Below, piece by piece: positions 55,709-60,278 of a stretch of DNA of 60,278 nucleotides (its first letter is position 1; every line of letters starts with the position of its first letter). The stretch is from assembly GCA_964526655.1 (NCBI GenBank), contig CAZGIZ010000004.1, positions 1 through 60,278 of the forward strand. Reading direction: 5' to 3'. Source of the stretch: an uncultured Desulfobacteraceae bacterium (lineage in GTDB: Bacteria > Desulfobacterota > DSM-4660 > Desulfatiglandales > HGW-15). The notes below the pieces were generated by a model. It was not told the DNA's origin. It saw only the letters and a program-made list of their open reading frames with translations, and ran no database searches. A program made the position numbers and the translations under genes.

Positions 55709-55736
55709 TAAAGTTTTTTTTATCACCTGCCGATGA
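55709..55736 (+). promoter_or_regulatory. sigma28 promoter candidate for the DVU0524-like-flgM pair
   Basis: TAAAGTTT-N12-GCCGATGA, one base longer than the canonical spacer. Confidence 0.65.
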
Positions 55737-55757
55737 TGCAAATGGAGGCGACATATT

Positions 55758-56003
55758 TTGATAACCACATATCAAATACGCAATGTCCTCAGGATATACG
55801 GCAATCAATTGAAAAAGAGGACCATGCTCTTACAGGAAAGTTCTGCTCCGTCCGGTCGATCTCCTGATTCCGTCAATATTTCCGTTGAAGCCAGGAGAAA
55901 ACAGATGTACGATCAGATATCCAGCAATATAGTGTCCCAGATCACAAGGAATAATCCTGAAGCCAAGTCGGAAGAAAATTTCCCCGAGGTGAACAGCCGT
56001 TAA
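55758..56003 (+). CDS. DVU0524-family FlgM-associated protein
   Basis: YQIRNVLRIYGNQL motif; GGAGG RBS; adjacent to flgM. Confidence 0.75.
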   Translation: MITTYQIRNVLRIYGNQLKKRTMLLQESSAPSGRSPDSVNISVEARRKQMYDQISSNIVSQITRNNPEAKSEENFPEVNSR

Positions 56004-56029
56004 TTATCTATTGGGAGAAAGGAAATATC

Positions 56030-56347
56030 ATGAAAATAGATGACATATCCCAGAAATTGGGGCAAATAGGCAATCTCGAAACCTACACGAAAAAACAAGC
56101 TGAGGAAGAGAATAAGGTCCCGAAAGGACCGGAAAACAAGCCCCAGCCGGATGCAAAGGTTGATCTTTCAAGCACCTCGGTCGAATACAGCAAGGCGGCT
56201 GAAAAGATGGATGAGGTGCCCGAAGAGAGGGCCAAGAAGATAGAAGCCCTTAAGGCACAAGTCATGAATGATACCTACCACGTGGATTCAAAAAACATCG
56301 CGGAAAAAATCCTGGATGACACCCTGTTCAACATAGTGGAGCCCTAA
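56030..56347 (+). CDS. flgM: anti-sigma28 factor FlgM
   Basis: KVDLS, ERAKKIEALKAQVMNDTYHVDSKNIAEKIL. Confidence 0.92.
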   Translation: MKIDDISQKLGQIGNLETYTKKQAEEENKVPKGPENKPQPDAKVDLSSTSVEYSKAAEKMDEVPEERAKKIEALKAQVMNDTYHVDSKNIAEKILDDTLFNIVEP

Positions 56348-56371
56348 AGGTCAAACAGATACGGATGGAGA

Positions 56372-56404
56372 AAAGGGTCCGCGACCTTTAGCGAAGCTTT
56401 TTTT
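56372..56404 (+). terminator. possible terminator after flgM
   Basis: AAGGGTC-CGC-GACCTT hairpin, followed shortly by a T-run. Confidence 0.4.
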
Positions 56405-56420
56405 ATCATCAACTTATCTA

Positions 56421-56455
56421 ACATGCCATTCATTCCCCCCTCCTGAATGGCATGT
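56421..56455. repeat. perfect 12-bp inverted repeat with C-rich loop
   Basis: ACATGCCATTCA-TTCCCCCCTCC-TGAATGGCATGT. Confidence 0.8.
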
Positions 56456-56568
56456 CCTACAACCTGAATAAACTAATACCCATTCTGCATTCCGCATGAT
56501 TTTGAATGGGCGATCTTTCAAATAATCTACTATTATTATCCAAACGATTCCCAAAAACCAATTTGAGC

Positions 56569-56597
56569 TTGAAATATAGCTTTTTATTTATTATATT
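56569..56597 (+). promoter_or_regulatory. sigma70-like promoter
   Basis: TTGAAA-N17-TATATT upstream of ORF 56632. Confidence 0.45.
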
Positions 56598-56631
56598 AAT
56601 CAAATTGTTTTATATTTCCGGGATCCTCTAA

Positions 56632-56859
56632 ATGGGTATCGATGCTTCCAGGGCCCTCGTCCCCTTCAATGGTCTTATACACCCTGTGATGGGCACGGGG
56701 CATAAAGAGATAGACCAATACGAGAGCCGCAATCGTCATCTCAACAGGACTTTTTCGGGTGGATTCGGGTCCGACCGCATGAACAGGATCTATGGAAGAT
56801 TTGGAAAGGAGTATAAGGACAGCCCTGGACGCGGGGAAAACATCGATATCTATGTCTGA
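56632..56859 (+). CDS. small hypothetical protein ending in a GxxIDIYV tail (YjfB-like ending)
   Basis: 75 aa ending GRGENIDIYV; upstream promoter candidate; weak RBS. Confidence 0.55.
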   Translation: MGIDASRALVPFNGLIHPVMGTGHKEIDQYESRNRHLNRTFSGGFGSDRMNRIYGRFGKEYKDSPGRGENIDIYV

Positions 56860-56893
56860 AAAATCAATGATAAGGTAGTGAATAACTATCTTC

Positions 56894-57622
56894 CTATAAA
56901 AAACTCCTGCTTTTCAGATCTCTCCTCTGGCATTTGTATATAAACTCCCTGATACCTTCCTTTTCCGCTATCCCCATCTCAAGAAACTGCAGTCCGTAAC
57001 TATAACGGCCTATTTCAGGATTCTTTTTAATTCTGACTATCTTTGCCTTTTTGATAGAGATCCTTGTCCTCAGATCTCCTTCATTTCGAACAAGAGAGAT
57101 ATTTCTAAACTCTCCATCCTTACAAAACAAGGCCTCTTCGTGGCGCGATGCCCTCTGATTTATCAGGGCGCCACCCTCGCTCAAGTTTATTACATTGAGA
57201 TCATATCTCCTGCCTGATATATCAAAGGTAATCCTGGTCCCAGGTGGAGTGGCTATCCTGAAATACTTCCTCCTCTGTTTTCGATCAATGCCTTCAGGAA
57301 ATCTTATCCATATGCTGTCTTGAGCCACCTTTTCCACGATGGATCGAAAGCTATACTGTATATTGTCAAGGTCATTGAACTCGAAAAAGACACTCTTCCC
57401 GCTTGCCTTACTTAACATATCCCTTGAACCGCCAGGATAATCTATAAGAAAAAATGAGTTCCTATCGTCACGGTCCACACCTATGACTATTGATAATCCC
57501 TTATAACCGATATCCAATATGTTCAGTTTGAGTATCGTTTTCTCCTTCTGGAGTTGATCAATGATGCCGTTTATCTTTTTACCGATGAGCCTGTCCGGAG
57601 CTTCCATGGGCCTCTTTATCAA
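56894..57622 (-). CDS. PilZ-domain c-di-GMP effector (YcgR-like flagellar brake)
   Basis: RxxxR (QRRKYFR) and NxSxxG (NLSEGG) motifs after a YcgR-N-like region. Confidence 0.85.
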   Translation of the reverse strand: MIKRPMEAPDRLIGKKINGIIDQLQKEKTILKLNILDIGYKGLSIVIGVDRDDRNSFFLIDYPGGSRDMLSKASGKSVFFEFNDLDNIQYSFRSIVEKVAQDSIWIRFPEGIDRKQRRKYFRIATPPGTRITFDISGRRYDLNVINLSEGGALINQRASRHEEALFCKDGEFRNISLVRNEGDLRTRISIKKAKIVRIKKNPEIGRYSYGLQFLEMGIAEKEGIREFIYKCQRRDLKSRSFL

Positions 57623-57660
57623 ACTTTAAATTTCATTATTTTGCTGTCAAAACCCCAATT

Positions 57661-57843
57661 TTGATGAAGTCGTAAAAAGTCCGAAAATACCGTTTTTCGT
57701 CATTCCGGCCCCGCATCAAGTGCGGGATAAACTCCGGCCGGTCGAAGATGCCGATTAATCGGTGAATCCAGTAAATTTATATATTTACAGGCACTCTGGA
57801 CCCCGGTTTTCACCGGGGTGACGACTTTTTACGAGACTATCAA
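57661..57843. mobile_element. 183-bp MITE-like element with terminal inverted repeats and internal REP-like palindromes
   Basis: Left TTGATGAAGTCGTAAAAAGTC versus right reverse complement TTGATAGTCTCGTAAAAAGTC (17/21 match). Internal CGTCATTCCGG...GAATCCAG...CTGGACCCCGG-TTTTCA-CCGGGGTGACG. No coding capacity. Confidence 0.75.
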
Positions 57844-57907
57844 TTTTCGCCTTTAAAGACAAAAACTCTGCAATGTCTATACCATATTTGGAAAAGGAGG
57901 CCAATCC

Positions 57908-58588
57908 CTATGGGGCCTTTCCTTTTGGTTTCATTATAAAATGATTGCTTAATGCATAGACGCCTATCAAGATTAAAATGAACAGTATAAGCCATATATA
58001 GTTTTCCCGGATAATGACTTTTCCATAATAGACCAACTCTTCATACGTCATGTCCTTGGAAAGCCTTCCCAAATAACACCCGATTCCCACGAGTATCGCG
58101 GACCATATCCCGGCCCCAAGGGCGGTAAAGGTGGAGAATCGACTGACGGGCATCCTCGCGATCCCGGCAGGCAGCGAGATGAGCTGTCGTATTACAGGCA
58201 GCAAGCGGCACACAAAGGTCGTGATCTCACCATATTTGAGGAATATCTCTTCGGCCCTGGAGAGCGTTTCATGCTTTATAAAAAAAAATTTTCCGTAACG
58301 ATATAAGAACGGCCTGCCCAAAAAAAACGCAAGATAGTAATTTAAAAAGGCCCCTATCATTGAACCTGCCAGGCCGCAAAAAAAAACCACGGTAATATCG
58401 ATCCGGGGGATCCCAAAGGTCAATTCACCCCTGTACGCAAGAAAGCCCGCGGGAAGCATCACTACCTCACTGGGAAAAGGGATGAAAGAGCTCTCAATTG
58501 TCATTAATAGGAGTACCATTACAAACCCCCAGACATGGGCGTTCGAGACCCCCCATTCTATGTAATCTATAACAAATTGAGTTATCAT
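57908..58588 (-). CDS. DedA family membrane protein
   Basis: IESSFIPFPSEVVM, GRPFL, RLLPVIRQLISLPAG. Confidence 0.9.
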   Translation of the reverse strand: MITQFVIDYIEWGVSNAHVWGFVMVLLLMTIESSFIPFPSEVVMLPAGFLAYRGELTFGIPRIDITVVFFCGLAGSMIGAFLNYYLAFFLGRPFLYRYGKFFFIKHETLSRAEEIFLKYGEITTFVCRLLPVIRQLISLPAGIARMPVSRFSTFTALGAGIWSAILVGIGCYLGRLSKDMTYEELVYYGKVIIRENYIWLILFILILIGVYALSNHFIMKPKGKAP

Positions 58589-58609
58589 GGAATTCGGCCT
58601 TGAAACCCC

Positions 58610-60178
58610 CTATTCCGTCTGATGTTCTTTTCGAAGCAGGTCGAGGACACTCTTTACCGGATTAAAGGTAAGGAGAGGGACCTCTACAAATACGGTGTTC
58701 CAATAGGCCATGGAACCGTTCCAGAGTCCGGGTAGTTCAAGGGCCTTAAGCTCTTTCCCATCCTTGGATTTTATAGTGATTAATCCTGTCTCGTGATCCA
58801 CATAGTCCCTAAGATCAAAGGCCCTTCCCTGATAATCCGTGACTCCGCACACCAGATCAACCGGGTTAAAATGGGTGGAAGATTTAAAGATTTCCCCCTG
58901 CTCCCTTGAGGACATGTCAACCTGGGACTTCTCCACAATCTGGAGGGAAGCGCTCTCACTGTCATGTCCAACCCAGAAAGGCCCGCCCCCAGGTTCGGCC
59001 ACGTTCCTGACCATTCCGCACACCCTGAGAGGCCTGTTCAGTCGGGAAATGAGATATTCGATTCTCTCTGCCCGATTCCCATTCATAATATACGCAGGCG
59101 GATCAACGGAGAGTCTCTCCTTAATGAAAGCAAAGACCTCCTGGACCATGTCCTTTCCACCGTTGTGGTCAGATATCCTTTTCAAGTACCCGAATATCTT
59201 TTCCTGAAGTTCTATTAGAAATCCGGCCAGGGCCTTTTTATACACATAGGTTATCCCTTTAAGCCTGTCAGGGACCACATTGTCTATATTCTTGATAAAT
59301 ATGATATCTCCTCTCAGATCCATGAGGTTTTCAAGCAGGGCCCCGTGCCCGCCGGGCCGAAAGAGCAGCTTTCCCTCCCCGTCTCTTAATGGGTTGTTGG
59401 ACATATCCACCGCGATGGTGTCCGTGGAAGGCCTCTGACTGGAGAAGCTGAATTCAAAACTCAAGCCCGATCCCTCGTAGCGCGGCCTTACCTCTTTGAT
59501 ATGGTCTTTCACCGCCTTCTCATGCTGGGGAGACAGGGTAAAATGGACTCGAGCGACCCCCTCCCCGTCCCTTGCATAGGCCCCTGCCTCCACAATATGC
59601 TCTTCAAAGGCCGTTCTTGAGTGACCCGGATACCTGTGAAAGGGGACAAGCCCTTTGGGGAGATCGGCCAGGTTCAGTCCCCCGGGGCCTATGGCATAAT
59701 CGAGAACTACCTGATAGTCCCCGTCTGAAATGGATTCCTCGATATCAGCGCCGTCTCTTGACATGGCCTTGCGCAACTCCTCATAAAAGGCGAATTTTTT
59801 TATCTCGGCCATGAACTTTAAAAAGGATTCGGCATCAGGATCTCCCTTTTCAGTTTCCTTGAGGATCTCCATCTTTTTTGCCTTTTTAAAGCGGCTGTTG
59901 ACGGACAGCAATATCTTGAACATCCTGCTGGCGGCTCCTGAAGCAGGGACGAATTTCATGATTCTCCCCTTTGAAGCCGCCTCCGAATGGATTCCCTCCA
60001 ACCTTTCCAGATCCTTCTCACCCAGGGTGTGGATGCCGTCTCCTATGGTACAAGATCTCTGCAGGTTGACAAAGGGAAAGCCCTTTTTGAAGGCATCAAG
60101 CTGTTCCAATATCTTTTCCGGGGCAATTCCCCGTGCCGTGATCTCTTTTAGGTCATCTTCATTGAACAGGGGCTCCAT
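58610..60178 (-). CDS. DUF4301 family protein
   Basis: KFVPASGAASRMFK, FRPGGHGAL, IKNIDNV, EPGGGPFW and ELPGLWNGSM. Confidence 0.88.
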   Translation of the reverse strand: MEPLFNEDDLKEITARGIAPEKILEQLDAFKKGFPFVNLQRSCTIGDGIHTLGEKDLERLEGIHSEAASKGRIMKFVPASGAASRMFKILLSVNSRFKKAKKMEILKETEKGDPDAESFLKFMAEIKKFAFYEELRKAMSRDGADIEESISDGDYQVVLDYAIGPGGLNLADLPKGLVPFHRYPGHSRTAFEEHIVEAGAYARDGEGVARVHFTLSPQHEKAVKDHIKEVRPRYEGSGLSFEFSFSSQRPSTDTIAVDMSNNPLRDGEGKLLFRPGGHGALLENLMDLRGDIIFIKNIDNVVPDRLKGITYVYKKALAGFLIELQEKIFGYLKRISDHNGGKDMVQEVFAFIKERLSVDPPAYIMNGNRAERIEYLISRLNRPLRVCGMVRNVAEPGGGPFWVGHDSESASLQIVEKSQVDMSSREQGEIFKSSTHFNPVDLVCGVTDYQGRAFDLRDYVDHETGLITIKSKDGKELKALELPGLWNGSMAYWNTVFVEVPLLTFNPVKSVLDLLRKEHQTE

Positions 60179-60278
60179 TATTCTAATCCTTTTCTCAAGA
60201 CAATCGGGTGAACGATATTAAAAACCGAATTTTATGTCAATGGGTCGATGGAATTAGGAGACTCATGGAGACAAAAAA

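Noticed and set aside
753-60221. The many short ORFs in the track that overlap called genes on the opposite strand or in another frame
   Set aside because: They are shadow frames of well-supported genes with no RBS or motif support. Extended N-termini (purM from 9078, MBL from 5855, motA from 29398, fliH from 21439) were trimmed for the same reason.
1-60278. CRISPR arrays, tRNA/rRNA genes, selenocysteine or frameshift recoding
   Set aside because: I saw no regularly spaced repeats, cloverleaf or rRNA motifs, or split conserved genes. All flagellar genes appear intact.

Overview
The window has about 11.5 kb of housekeeping and metabolic genes (rfaE1, DUF4416, yicC, remA-like, gmk, rlmB, amidohydrolase, MBL hydrolase, tatA, DUF523, purM, a rhomboid-DnaJ_C fusion, acyl-CoA dehydrogenase). 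These are followed by a contiguous flagellar supercluster of about 45 kb (11.9-57.6 kb). Gene content (DVU0524-family ORF beside flgM, csrA-fliW, flhF-flhG, FlgJ-M23, motE) suggests Desulfobacterota/Deltaproteobacteria, which is an inference. The cluster encodes export apparatus, basal body, rings, hook, junction proteins, FliA/FlgM and two sigma54 activators. I see no flagellin, cap, MotB, chemotaxis genes or histidine kinase. The window opens on the C-terminus of an integron-integrase-like tyrosine recombinase and has a 183-bp MITE-like nested palindrome near its end. The clearest unexplained structure is a readable regulatory code. There are six clear sigma54 -24/-12 promoters: four lie near a FleQ-type box (GTCAAnnnnTTGAC), and two lie near a different 15-bp palindrome (AGGwAAAwTTTwCCT) that I do not recognise. 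Sigma28-like promoters precede flgN and the DVU0524-flgM pair. Other candidates are a co-regulated small exported protein plus a 978-aa TPR protein (possible periplasmic motor scaffold), a pseudo-receiver activator, several ORFs sharing a FliK-like C-terminal tail, and candidate small RNAs. All calls come from reading the sequence and recalling family motifs. No searches were run.
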